This document shows positions 9,074 through 17,186 of a DNA stretch of 38,891 bases, in pieces. Position numbers and translations under genes: made by a program. Below the pieces are notes generated by a model. The model did not search any database, was not told the DNA's origin, and was given only the letters and a program-made list of their open reading frames with translations. The stretch's first letter is position 1; the number at the start of each line of letters is the position of its first letter. This stretch comes from Lactococcus garvieae (GTDB lineage Bacteria > Bacteroidota > Bacteroidia > Bacteroidales > Bacteroidaceae). The DNA is taken from positions 1-38,891 of the forward strand of contig CAVGQS010000001.1 of the NCBI GenBank assembly GCA_963631415.1, in the 5' to 3' direction.

Positions 9074-9787
9074 ATGACAAAGACCCTGTCCATCATTATT
9101 CCGTCGTACAACGAGGGCGCGAAACTCTACGCTGTGCTCGAGAGAGTGCAGGCCGTGGAACTGCCCTACGGCATAGGCAAAGAGGTGATAGTGGTAGACG
9201 ATGGCTCCACCGACAACACGGCGGACTATGCCCGGCAGTACATAGCGCAAAATCCCGGCTGCAACGTCCGGCTGCTGCGCCACAGCGCCAACCAAGGCAA
9301 GGGCATGGCCATACGCACCGCCATCGCTGAGCTGACCGGCGACATCGTGGTGATACAAGACAGCGACGCGGAGTACGACCCAAACGACCTCGCCCGCATG
9401 CTGAAGAAGATGGAAGACGAAGACCTGCAGGTCCTCTACGGCTCACGCTACACGAGCCACAGCGCCAACCGCGCGCTCTACCGCTCCTTCTACTGCGGCA
9501 CCAAGATACTGTCGTGGCTCACCAACGTGCTCTATGGCCAGCACATCACCGACGAGCCCACGTGCTACAAGATGTTTCGCACCCCGCTCTTGCGCTCCAT
9601 CCCGCTCAAGTGCCGCGGCTTCGAGTTCTGTCCCGAGGTGACCGCCAAGGTGGCGCGCTGCGGACTCAAGATACGCGAAGTGCCCATCAGCTACGCCCCC
9701 CGCACCGTGGCGCAGGGCAAGAAAATACGCGCCAAGGACGGCCTCATCGCCGTATGGTGTCTCCTGAAATACCGCTTCGTCAAGTAG
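9074..9787 (+). CDS. family 2 glycosyltransferase (polyprenol-phosphate glycosyltransferase-like)
   Basis: IIIPSYNE, VVDDGSTDNT and DSDAEYD (DxD) motifs. The size and pattern match DPM1/ArnC-like GT2 enzymes. Confidence 0.8.
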   Translation: MTKTLSIIIPSYNEGAKLYAVLERVQAVELPYGIGKEVIVVDDGSTDNTADYARQYIAQNPGCNVRLLRHSANQGKGMAIRTAIAELTGDIVVIQDSDAEYDPNDLARMLKKMEDEDLQVLYGSRYTSHSANRALYRSFYCGTKILSWLTNVLYGQHITDEPTCYKMFRTPLLRSIPLKCRGFEFCPEVTAKVARCGLKIREVPISYAPRTVAQGKKIRAKDGLIAVWCLLKYRFVK

Positions 9788-9853
9788 CCGCACTTTCAAG
9801 GGCCACGCAACAGCAGGGCAACCTAATCACAACACGAATACTGCAACCACACA

Positions 9854-9898
9854 CAAAAAAAGGGCTGGAGTCCATTCGAGGACTCCAGCCCTTTTTTG
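9854..9898. terminator. bidirectional rho-independent terminator between the GT2 gene and the R-M pair
   Basis: 13-bp stem AGGGCTGGAGTCC (9861-9873) / GGACTCCAGCCCT (9880-9892), flanked by an A7 run upstream and a T6 run downstream. Confidence 0.85.
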
Positions 9899-9925
9899 TG
9901 CGTGCAGTTCTAAGGCTACACGTTC

Positions 9926-11299
9926 CTAACCAAACATGTCGAAGAAATCAAGCTGCTTACAGTCTTGCTTTTTGATAGTCGAGGTTTGCGTCTTTGCGTC
10001 TTTCATCTGGATAAACTGAGACTGCTCTTTTATGATTTCTCTCACAGCTTCATCACAATTCTGCGTTTCTTCTGGCATAACTGTTTGAATGTCGTTAAAC
10101 AAGCGAATAAGCGAACGACCCACAGCCCACGCCAAATTCACTGGGACAGCATTGCCTATCTGTTTATATTTTTCATTCATGCTGCCTTGAAACTGCCAAT
10201 AATCAGGGAAAGTCTGAATCCTGGCATATTCACGCACGCTCAGAGGACGAGTTTCTAAAGGATGACAACGCTCGGTTTGCTTTTGGCATGGCGAACACGT
10301 AAGAGTCAACGACGGCTCGTCAAGTGACAACCTTCGAGCCATGCCAGTCTTGCCGCCTCCAAGATGCCAACTGCCGCCCATATAATCCTTGGCGACATCC
10401 TCAGGCAAATCTCTCCAGTCTCCACCTTGCGGAACCATTGACAATACCTCTTGTTTTTTGTGAGGGTACTGTGCGCCTTCAGACACAGGGACATCACAAT
10501 CGAAAATTACGCTTTTAAATAGTGCGTCACGCAAAGTGAGCACCCTATGATATGGCGACGGCCAATGAAAAGTAACACGTTTAGCAATGTCATTGCGGAT
10601 GGCAACAAGAATAAGTCGCTCACGTTTTTGCGGAACTTGATACATGATGGCCCTCAAAACGCGAGGTTCAACCAACGTGTAACCAAGCGCGGCGATAGAG
10701 TTGCGTATTGTCTCAAAAGTTCTGCCTCCTTCATGAGAAACCAATCCCTTAACATTCTCGCCAAGAAAAACTTTGGGTTGTGTTTCCTTTACAGCGCGAG
10801 CCAACTCAAAAAACAATGTCCCGCGCGTATCTCCGAATCCCGCCCCTTTTCCTGCATAGGAAAAAGCTTGGCAAGGAAAACCGCCTGACAAAAAGTCAAT
10901 CTTACCCCTTAAGGGAGTAAAATCAATGTGACGCACATCTCCCTCTATCACGTTCCATTCAGGCTTGTTGAACTTTAACGTCTTGCATGCCGATGTTTCA
11001 AATTCATTGAGCAAGACGTGATGGAAACCTGCCAAGGACATTCCAAGAGCCAAACCGCCACCACCGGCAAAAAGTTCTATTGAGTTATATTGCCGAAGTG
11101 GAGTGACATTTTGTTCTTTTTCCCAGTTGCTTTCAAGCATGGCATGTACTTCGGGTATTTCATCCAGGTCTTCCATACAGAAAGATTTCTTCCCTTCATT
11201 CTCATAAAGAGAGAAGCGCCCTTTCTCGCCCCAGACTTGAACCGTGTGGTTAGACGTTCCTATTAACGCCGCCAAATTATTTCCGGAAATATATGTCAT
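9926..11299 (-). CDS. DNA (cytosine-5)-methyltransferase with about 70-aa N-terminal HTH-like extension
   Basis: m5C MTase motifs are present in order: I ELFAGGGGLALG, IV GGFPCQAFS, VI GENVKGL, VIII QKRERL, IX QTFPDYWQF, X GNAVPV. The gene is AT-rich relative to its flanks. Confidence 0.92.
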   Translation of the reverse strand: MTYISGNNLAALIGTSNHTVQVWGEKGRFSLYENEGKKSFCMEDLDEIPEVHAMLESNWEKEQNVTPLRQYNSIELFAGGGGLALGMSLAGFHHVLLNEFETSACKTLKFNKPEWNVIEGDVRHIDFTPLRGKIDFLSGGFPCQAFSYAGKGAGFGDTRGTLFFELARAVKETQPKVFLGENVKGLVSHEGGRTFETIRNSIAALGYTLVEPRVLRAIMYQVPQKRERLILVAIRNDIAKRVTFHWPSPYHRVLTLRDALFKSVIFDCDVPVSEGAQYPHKKQEVLSMVPQGGDWRDLPEDVAKDYMGGSWHLGGGKTGMARRLSLDEPSLTLTCSPCQKQTERCHPLETRPLSVREYARIQTFPDYWQFQGSMNEKYKQIGNAVPVNLAWAVGRSLIRLFNDIQTVMPEETQNCDEAVREIIKEQSQFIQMKDAKTQTSTIKKQDCKQLDFFDMFG

Positions 11300-11300
11300 A

Positions 11301-12017
11301 CTACAGTCCTCCTTTGTCTATAATTTCCTTTGCTATCTCTTCCACTTTTGCTAGAATAAGGGAACTGCCGTCTATACCGTCTTCCTCCACAACTTCTCCG
11401 AAAGCTTTGGCCAGTTGGTTATAGAAATTCTTGTCGGCAGTCAAATGTTCCCAAAATTCAGCACCGCACAAAACAGGATAATGAGCGTCTATCGCTTTAT
11501 AATTGGCAGAAAGGTCTTCCCTATTCCCATAGAGGACACCTACTATGAGGTCTTCAAACTGCAGTCCCATTCTGTCCAACCGAGACTTGTTCATAAGATA
11601 TTTAAAGTGTCCAAGTATGGTTGCAATGTCATCTTTGTTGATTGTTTGCGGACCAGCTTTGCATTGGCAGTACTTGCGCCTGCCGTCTAATGCGTCAACA
11701 AACTCAATGTCAATTCCGTCTATGCCAGAAGCTCCACCAACGACTTCTTGCAATTGTGAAGTGAAAATCTGAATGCATTGTCCAAAACTTGTATTAAGGC
11801 TTGTGCCAAGAATGCGTGGATAGACTAGAGCCTTGGCAAGGCTTTTTGGTTCGGTGTTGCCACACAAGAAAGCGGCAAGATAATTTATAAGGAAAGGGTT
11901 AACATTGAAACTGCTTAAGTGGAGCTTATTCAGATTCTTGAGATGATTTGGTATTATCACTGTACGAAAGAAATTCTTGCCGCTGCTGATAATCGCTTGC
12001 TTTTGTTCTGGTTTCAT
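11301..12017 (-). CDS. putative type II restriction endonuclease (partner of the m5C methyltransferase)
   Basis: 238-aa ORF whose stop codon (11301-11303) is 1 nt from the methyltransferase ATG (11299). Same strand and same low-GC composition as the methyltransferase. A possible PD-(D/E)xK-like region is GIDGIDIEFV...YCQCK. I cannot assign a family without a database search. Confidence 0.55.
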   Translation of the reverse strand: MKPEQKQAIISSGKNFFRTVIIPNHLKNLNKLHLSSFNVNPFLINYLAAFLCGNTEPKSLAKALVYPRILGTSLNTSFGQCIQIFTSQLQEVVGGASGIDGIDIEFVDALDGRRKYCQCKAGPQTINKDDIATILGHFKYLMNKSRLDRMGLQFEDLIVGVLYGNREDLSANYKAIDAHYPVLCGAEFWEHLTADKNFYNQLAKAFGEVVEEDGIDGSSLILAKVEEIAKEIIDKGGL

Positions 12018-12222
12018 AATTAGGAGGTGTAATTCTAGTTTAATACAAGCACGAGACTTGTGAAATTCGTGTTTTATACTACCTGTTGATTTTGTCGTGA
12101 TAATTTACAATGCAAGCATAAAAGCTTTAGCGCAAATATACTGACATTTATAGAAATTCACAAACTTTGCGTTGAAATAATTTATCATAGAAGACTGAGG
12201 GGAAAAACATCTCAGTTGAAAA

Positions 12223-12337
12223 AAGTAGGACTTCAGTTCATCAGAGAGCCACTTGGCATCATTTCGCGCGGACTTAATTTTTCCGGACCGCGGAAACGTG
12301 AACGCCAGGTGGCTCTCTGATGAAGAGAAGTCCTTGT
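12223..12337. repeat. shorter palindromic element sharing the AAGTAGGACTT / AAGTCCTTGT termini of the repeat family
   Basis: Perfect 16-bp inverted arms TTCATCAGAGAGCCAC (12237-12252) and GTGGCTCTCTGATGAA (12309-12324). Outer GGACTTC/GAAGTCC pairing. Internal GCGCGGACTTAATTTTT resembles the 21-nt unit. GGACTT-type ends at 12233, 12254 and 12275 are spaced 21 nt. Confidence 0.8.
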
Positions 12338-12357
12338 CTGACGAAACGAGGTGTTTG

Positions 12358-12397
12358 GAAACAGAAAACGGGGCCCGGCTTGTGGCAGCCGGCCCCC
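12358..12397 (-). terminator. possible terminator of the ECF sigma module
   Basis: Imperfect hairpin GGGGCCCGGCT / AGCCGGCCCC followed on the minus strand by a U-rich stretch. It lies about 135 nt from the DUF4252 stop. Confidence 0.35.
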
Positions 12398-12530
12398 GAA
12401 AGGAACGTGGTTTTTTGCCCTCTGGGAGGGCGGTAGGTTTTTGTTTGAGAGAATGAAACCTATATTGTCTGTGTTTTGGTTTTAATAATTGTCGTGTAGT
12501 TGCGAGTGGTCGCCGTGGCTGCGGTTGCGG

Positions 12531-13085
12531 TCAGTCGGCCAGTTTGGAGAGCAGCGTTATGAAGTCGTTGTTGAACGAGCCGGTGAAGTCCAGGATGCGC
12601 AGTCCGGCTTTGCCTCCGCCGTCGAGCAGCGCTATGATTTCCACCACCTTGCTGCCGTTTTGGCGTGTCCAGACTCGGGCTGCCACTTTGTCGTCGTTGC
12701 GCTTTGACGACTCGTATTTCTTGTAGATCTTCTTGTTGTCGCGTATCACCTTGTCAGCCAGGGTGCGGTAGGCTCCCGTGTGGTCGGAGGCCACGAGTAT
12801 GCGCAGGCTCTTGATGCTGCGCAGGAGTTCGCAGACCACCTGTTTGTCTTCGGCGCTGACAGCGTCGCTTGCCGCATCTGTGGAGGCGAGCATCTGTATG
12901 ACGTCGCGCATCATGGCGGGCCCTACGGTTATCTGCTTGTAGTCGGAGGGGGCGTAGGTGTCGGGGCTGGTCTCTATGCGCTGCATCATGCGCGCCACGA
13001 AGTCGTTGTCGTCGGAGGCCTGCGCCGCCATTGCCGGCAGGAGTGCTACCGCCAATGCCACAAATGTCTGGAGTATGTGTTTCAT
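12531..13085 (-). CDS. secreted DUF4252-like protein (third gene of the ECF sigma module)
   Basis: Signal peptide (MKHILQTFVALAVALLPAMAAQA). The size and the position downstream of sigma and anti-sigma fit the Bacteroidota sigma/anti-sigma/DUF4252 arrangement. The family call is from memory of that architecture. Confidence 0.55.
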   Translation of the reverse strand: MKHILQTFVALAVALLPAMAAQASDDNDFVARMMQRIETSPDTYAPSDYKQITVGPAMMRDVIQMLASTDAASDAVSAEDKQVVCELLRSIKSLRILVASDHTGAYRTLADKVIRDNKKIYKKYESSKRNDDKVAARVWTRQNGSKVVEIIALLDGGGKAGLRILDFTGSFNNDFITLLSKLAD

Positions 13086-13143
13086 TTAAGTCTTTGTTTG
13101 GTGTGCGCCCATGGGGTCAGCCCCGCTGGGCTTTGCCGCGCCG

Positions 13144-13656
13144 CTACTTGGTGATGGCAGTCGGCTCTGCCTGGACTGCCGAGTCGCCGCCGAGCACGTC
13201 GCTCAGGTCCTGCAGCGCTCCGCGGACCTGGCTGTAGGCCACCTGCGGGTCGGAGTAGGTGTCGTGGTAGCCCGAATAGTTGTAGTTGACGGGTTCGGGG
13301 TCGCGCGAGTTCCAGTAGCTCGACGCTGCCACGCCCACCGTTATGACGAGTGCCACCGACGCCACCGCCTTGTAGAAGGGCACGAGCGAGCTGTTGAGCC
13401 TGCCGAGCCACGAGGAGCGCTTTGCCACCACGGGGCGGTCTGCCACGTTGAGGCGCTGCATGAGCTTGGCGTCGAAGTCGGCGGGCAGCTCCACACTCTG
13501 CTCTTGGGCGAGGGTGCTGAAGAGCGGCTTGTACTGCTCGAGCGAAGCGGGAATGTCCTGCTGGTTGAAGAAACTTTTCAGTATCTCCTCTTCCTGAAGG
13601 TTGGTCTGGCAGTCGAAGTAGCGTTCTACCAGGTTTTCGATGTACTTATAGTCCAT
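13144..13656 (-). CDS. putative membrane-anchored anti-sigma factor
   Basis: 170 aa with a single central TM segment (FYKAVASVALVITVGVAASSYW). Its ATG overlaps the stop of the upstream ECF sigma gene by 11 nt, which suggests translational coupling. Confidence 0.5.
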   Translation of the reverse strand: MDYKYIENLVERYFDCQTNLQEEEILKSFFNQQDIPASLEQYKPLFSTLAQEQSVELPADFDAKLMQRLNVADRPVVAKRSSWLGRLNSSLVPFYKAVASVALVITVGVAASSYWNSRDPEPVNYNYSGYHDTYSDPQVAYSQVRGALQDLSDVLGGDSAVQAEPTAITK

Positions 13657-14158
13657 AGTCGTTTTGTTTCATTAGTAGTTGTTTGAGAGCTTGCCGCGCC
13701 CTGAAGAGGGTGACCTTGACTTGCTCCTCGGTGATGCCGAGCGCCGCGACGATCTCCTTGTAGCTGTAGCCCTCGATGTCGCGCAGCTGGAGCACCTCTC
13801 GCTGGCGTGCGGGCAGAGCGTTGATTTTGTCGAGCACCATCTGGCTGCGCTCCTGGCGTGTGAGGCTCTCGAAGGGCGAGTCCGCCACTGCGGTCGCCGC
13901 GGGATAGTCAGCCTGGCTGTCGAGCCTCTCGTTGTCGCGCCCCGCCCTCTTGAGCGAGTCGAGCGAGAGGTTGCGGCATATCGTCATCCCCAGTGCCTCC
14001 GCCTCTGCGGCTGTCTGCAGGGAGTCGGTGCGTTTCCAGAGCCTGACGAGCGTCTCCTGAGTGATGTCTTGCGCCTCCGCGCTGTCTTGCGACACCCTCA
14101 ATGCAAGTCTGTAGAACTTGTTCTTGAGTGGCATCACGTCTTTGTTGAAGTCTATCAT
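13646..14158 (-). CDS. RNA polymerase ECF-type sigma-70 factor
   Basis: Region 2 (DITQETLVRLW) and region 4 HTH (LPARQREVLQLRDIEGYSYKEIVAALGITEEQVKVTLFRARQALK). Start placed at the internal ATG 14158 (MIDFNKDV...). Confidence 0.85.
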   Translation of the reverse strand: MIDFNKDVMPLKNKFYRLALRVSQDSAEAQDITQETLVRLWKRTDSLQTAAEAEALGMTICRNLSLDSLKRAGRDNERLDSQADYPAATAVADSPFESLTRQERSQMVLDKINALPARQREVLQLRDIEGYSYKEIVAALGITEEQVKVTLFRARQALKQLLMKQNDYGL

Positions 14159-14215
14159 GTCAGGTCTCTGTGAATATATAAACGATTGTTGCGGGCAAAA
14201 GTTACGCTTTATTGC

Positions 14216-14261
14216 GAAAAAAAATCCCCGCAAGGGCAATAATTTTGCGCCTCACGGGGAT
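14216..14261 (-). terminator. rho-independent terminator of the NhaD-like gene
   Basis: Stem ATCCCCG (14224-14230) / CGGGGAT (14255-14261), with an 8-nt U run on the minus strand (A run 14217-14224). Confidence 0.6.
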
Positions 14262-14327
14262 TTTTGATGGTTTTTTTGACGGATTTGCCGCCTCTGTATA
14301 TTGTATACGGCGGCGCTTCTGTGTGTA

Positions 14328-15641
14328 TTAGAAGAACAGCAGGCGCTGGCAGAAGTAGACAAGCATGCCGCTGAGCATGCCCAGCAACGCCCACAGGCTA
14401 AAGTGGCGGAGATACCAGCCGAAGCTTATCTTCTCCAGTCCCATGACGACCACTCCGGCTGCCGAGCCGATGATGAGGATGCTGCCGCCAGTGCCGGCGC
14501 AGTAGGCGAGCAGCTGCCAGAAGATGCCGTCGGTGGCGAAGTCGCCGGTGGGGGCGATGGGATACATGCCCATGCAGCTGGCGACGAGGGGCACGTTGTC
14601 GACCACTGACGACGCCACGCCGATGATGCCGGTGACGAGGTAGTGGTTGCCGCCCGTCCACTGGTCGAGCGCCGCGCCAAAGCGGCTCAGTGTGCCTGTC
14701 TCCTGGAGGGCAGCCACAGCCATCAGGATGCCGAGGAAAAAGAGGATGGTCGACATGTCGATGTTCTTCAGTATGCGGCTTACGCGCTGCTCGCGGTTGC
14801 TCTCAATCTTGCGGTTGTTGTAGAAGCACTCGGTGATGACCCAGAGGATGCTGAGAACCAGTATGACGCCCATGAAGGGGGGCAGGCCAGTGATGGTGCG
14901 GAACACCGGCACCAGTACCAGTCCGAGCACTCCCACGTAGAACACCACGTTGCGCTGGGTGAGCGAGAAGTCGTAGGCTGCCACAGGAGTTTCCTCGCTG
15001 TTGTCAGCCGCGGGCTCCAGCTGTCCCTTCAGCTTGAAGTGGAGAACCAGGCCAGGCACCACTACGGTGGCGAGCGACGGGAGGAGCAGTTCCTCGATGG
15101 GACCCAGGGTAGAGACGTTGCCCTTGATCCACAGCATGATGGTGGTGACGTCGCCAATGGGCGAGAAGGCACCGCCGGCGTTGGCTGCTACGATAATCAT
15201 GGCAGCGTAGAGAATGCGCAGGCGCTTTCTTCTGACCAGCTTGCGCAGCACCATAATCATCACGATAGACGTGGTGAGGTTGTCGAGAATGGCTGAGAGG
15301 AAGAAGGTGATGAGGGTGATCTTCCACAGCAGCGAGCGCTTGCTCTTGGAGGCGAGCTTGTTGCGCACAAAGTTGAAGCCGCCGTTGATGTCGACCACCT
15401 CAACGATGGTCATGGCGCCGAGCAGGAAGAAGATTATCTCGCTCGTGTCGCCGACGTGGCTCAGAAACATGCTGTCGAACGAGGCGCCGGGAGCCAGATA
15501 GGCATCGGCGTTGAACGTGTAGAGCGTCCACAGCACTGCGCTCATGAGCAGTGCGATAGCGGTCTTGTTGACCTTGAGGTTGCCCTCCAGGGTGATGAGG
15601 AGGTAGCCCAAAACGAACGCAATAATAATTGCTAAAGTCAT
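14328..15641 (-). CDS. NhaD/ArsB-superfamily ion transporter (likely Na+/H+ antiporter NhaD)
   Basis: 437-aa polytopic membrane protein, hydrophobic throughout. The N-terminus MTLAIIIAFVLGYLLITLEG and overall pattern resemble NhaD-type antiporters. Confidence 0.7.
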   Translation of the reverse strand: MTLAIIIAFVLGYLLITLEGNLKVNKTAIALLMSAVLWTLYTFNADAYLAPGASFDSMFLSHVGDTSEIIFFLLGAMTIVEVVDINGGFNFVRNKLASKSKRSLLWKITLITFFLSAILDNLTTSIVMIMVLRKLVRRKRLRILYAAMIIVAANAGGAFSPIGDVTTIMLWIKGNVSTLGPIEELLLPSLATVVVPGLVLHFKLKGQLEPAADNSEETPVAAYDFSLTQRNVVFYVGVLGLVLVPVFRTITGLPPFMGVILVLSILWVITECFYNNRKIESNREQRVSRILKNIDMSTILFFLGILMAVAALQETGTLSRFGAALDQWTGGNHYLVTGIIGVASSVVDNVPLVASCMGMYPIAPTGDFATDGIFWQLLAYCAGTGGSILIIGSAAGVVVMGLEKISFGWYLRHFSLWALLGMLSGMLVYFCQRLLFF

Positions 15642-15691
15642 CGGTTAAAGATTTTGTTTGTTGGTTTGTTTGTACATGTGCATTTTCAGTA

Positions 15692-15699
15692 CAAAATTA
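15692..15699 (-). promoter_or_regulatory. candidate -7 box TAATTTTG upstream of the NhaD-like gene
   Basis: TAnnTTTG match about 50 nt upstream of ATG 15641. Confidence 0.5.
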
Positions 15700-15837
15700 A
15701 CAAGAACAAACGCTTTGCACGCTCGCGGGCGGCATCCTTAACCGATGTTTTTTTGACTTTTTTGCATAAGGTTAACACTTGCAGCCCGCCGCTATTGCCA
15801 ACCTGCTCATTTCACTGAACAAAAACGGGGGGCGGAG

Positions 15838-16965
15838 CTATATCTTGATTATGACGCCCTTGCGGTAGAGCAGATGGGCGAGCAAGCCGACAAGGGCTAC
15901 GACGAGGGCGGCAAAGAGGAAGGACGTCAGCTCATTGTCGCCAAAGGGAACCGTAAGCCAATAGTAAATGGCGTCCTGGAGCGAGAGGGGCGCGGAGGGG
16001 TCAGCGCCCAGCGCCGCGTGGACGGCGGTGCAGGTCACCGTGACGGAGTAGAGAGCGATGTAGAGCAGTTCGCCGACTATGTAGCAGAAGAGCGGATTGG
16101 TGCCGAAAATCTTCAGCAGGTGTTTGGGGAACGCCAGCTGGCGGATGTCGACGACATAGCTGAGCCACACGAGCGAGAGCGACGAGATGCCGCAAGTGGC
16201 GAGCACAAAGGTGGCAGACCACACGCGCTTGTTGACGGGGAAGAACATGTCGAGCAGCAGGCCCGCAAAGAGCAGCGCCGTGCCCCAGGCGGCTATGCGC
16301 AGCAGCTTGGCGGCGAGGGCGGTGCGGGTGGTGACGAGCGAGCCTACGCAGAAGCCTATGATGGTGTGGGCAATGCTGGGCAGCGTGCTCAAGATGCCCT
16401 CTGGGTCGCAGCCACCGTCGTTCATCATGTGGGTGCCCAGCAGGGCGCGGTCTACCGTGGCGAGCAGGCTGCCGCCGCCATACTCAAAGCCGCCGCCCAC
16501 ATAGGTCAGCGCGGCATAGACGGCGAGGATGGCGCCGGCTATCACCGCCATCCACCTTCTGGACACCGCCACGGCGAGCAGTGAAACGACGAGGTAGCAC
16601 ACGGCAAAGCGCTGCAGCACGCCCGGTATGCGGAGCTCGCCAGCCGAGGGGAATCCCGCGGCGCAATAATTGATGAGCAGCCCAAGCAGGAAGAGCACTG
16701 CCGCGCGCCGCACCACCTTGAGCAGCAGCTGCCTGGAGAAGGCGAAGCCGCGCTTCTGGAGCGAGAGAAACGTGGTGACACCCATTATAAAAAGGAAGCA
16801 CGGAAATATCACATCGGCAAGCGTCAGCCCGTCCCAAGCGGAGTGGCGCAGGGCGGGGCACACATAGTTCCACGAGCCCGGGCTGTTGACCACTATCATG
16901 AGCATGATGGTCAGCCCGCGCAGCAGGTCGAGGGCTTCGAGTCGTTTGGGTTTTTCGGCTTCCAT
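15838..16965 (-). CDS. HGSNAT-like / DUF5009 membrane acyltransferase
   Basis: N-terminal RLEALDLLRGLTIMLMIVVNSPGSW signature of the heparan-alpha-glucosaminide N-acetyltransferase-like family. About 10 TM segments. Confidence 0.65.
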   Translation of the reverse strand: MEAEKPKRLEALDLLRGLTIMLMIVVNSPGSWNYVCPALRHSAWDGLTLADVIFPCFLFIMGVTTFLSLQKRGFAFSRQLLLKVVRRAAVLFLLGLLINYCAAGFPSAGELRIPGVLQRFAVCYLVVSLLAVAVSRRWMAVIAGAILAVYAALTYVGGGFEYGGGSLLATVDRALLGTHMMNDGGCDPEGILSTLPSIAHTIIGFCVGSLVTTRTALAAKLLRIAAWGTALLFAGLLLDMFFPVNKRVWSATFVLATCGISSLSLVWLSYVVDIRQLAFPKHLLKIFGTNPLFCYIVGELLYIALYSVTVTCTAVHAALGADPSAPLSLQDAIYYWLTVPFGDNELTSFLFAALVVALVGLLAHLLYRKGVIIKI

Positions 16966-17018
16966 TGGTGGCAGGTTTTAGGCAGGTTGCGAGTTCAGGG
17001 TGGGTCAGTGAAACGGCG

Positions 17019-17026
17019 CAAATTTA
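17019..17026 (-). promoter_or_regulatory. candidate -7 box TAAATTTG upstream of the HGSNAT-like gene
   Basis: TAnnTTTG match 54 nt upstream of ATG 16965. Confidence 0.45.
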
Positions 17027-17186
17027 CGCATTCCCGACAAGATATCCCCCCGTCGCTGCCAACTAAGGACCTGCTGCCCGCTGGCGCGCGACCTTTTTGT
17101 GTGTAAAATTTTGGCTTTTGTGTTTTTTTTCGTTCCTTTGTACCTTTTGAAGAGTGCCGGCCGCAGCTGGCGCCAAAACAAGGAAT

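Noticed and set aside
12018-12030. TAGGAGGTG adjacent to the endonuclease start, considered as a Shine-Dalgarno site
   Set aside because: The motif is on the plus strand, whereas the gene is on the minus strand, where the sequence reads CACCTCCTA. It is not a ribosome-binding site for this gene.
12253-12456. 67-aa ORF within and after the 115-bp palindrome
   Set aside because: It starts at a TTG inside the palindrome arm, spans a terminator-like hairpin, and has no recognisable features.
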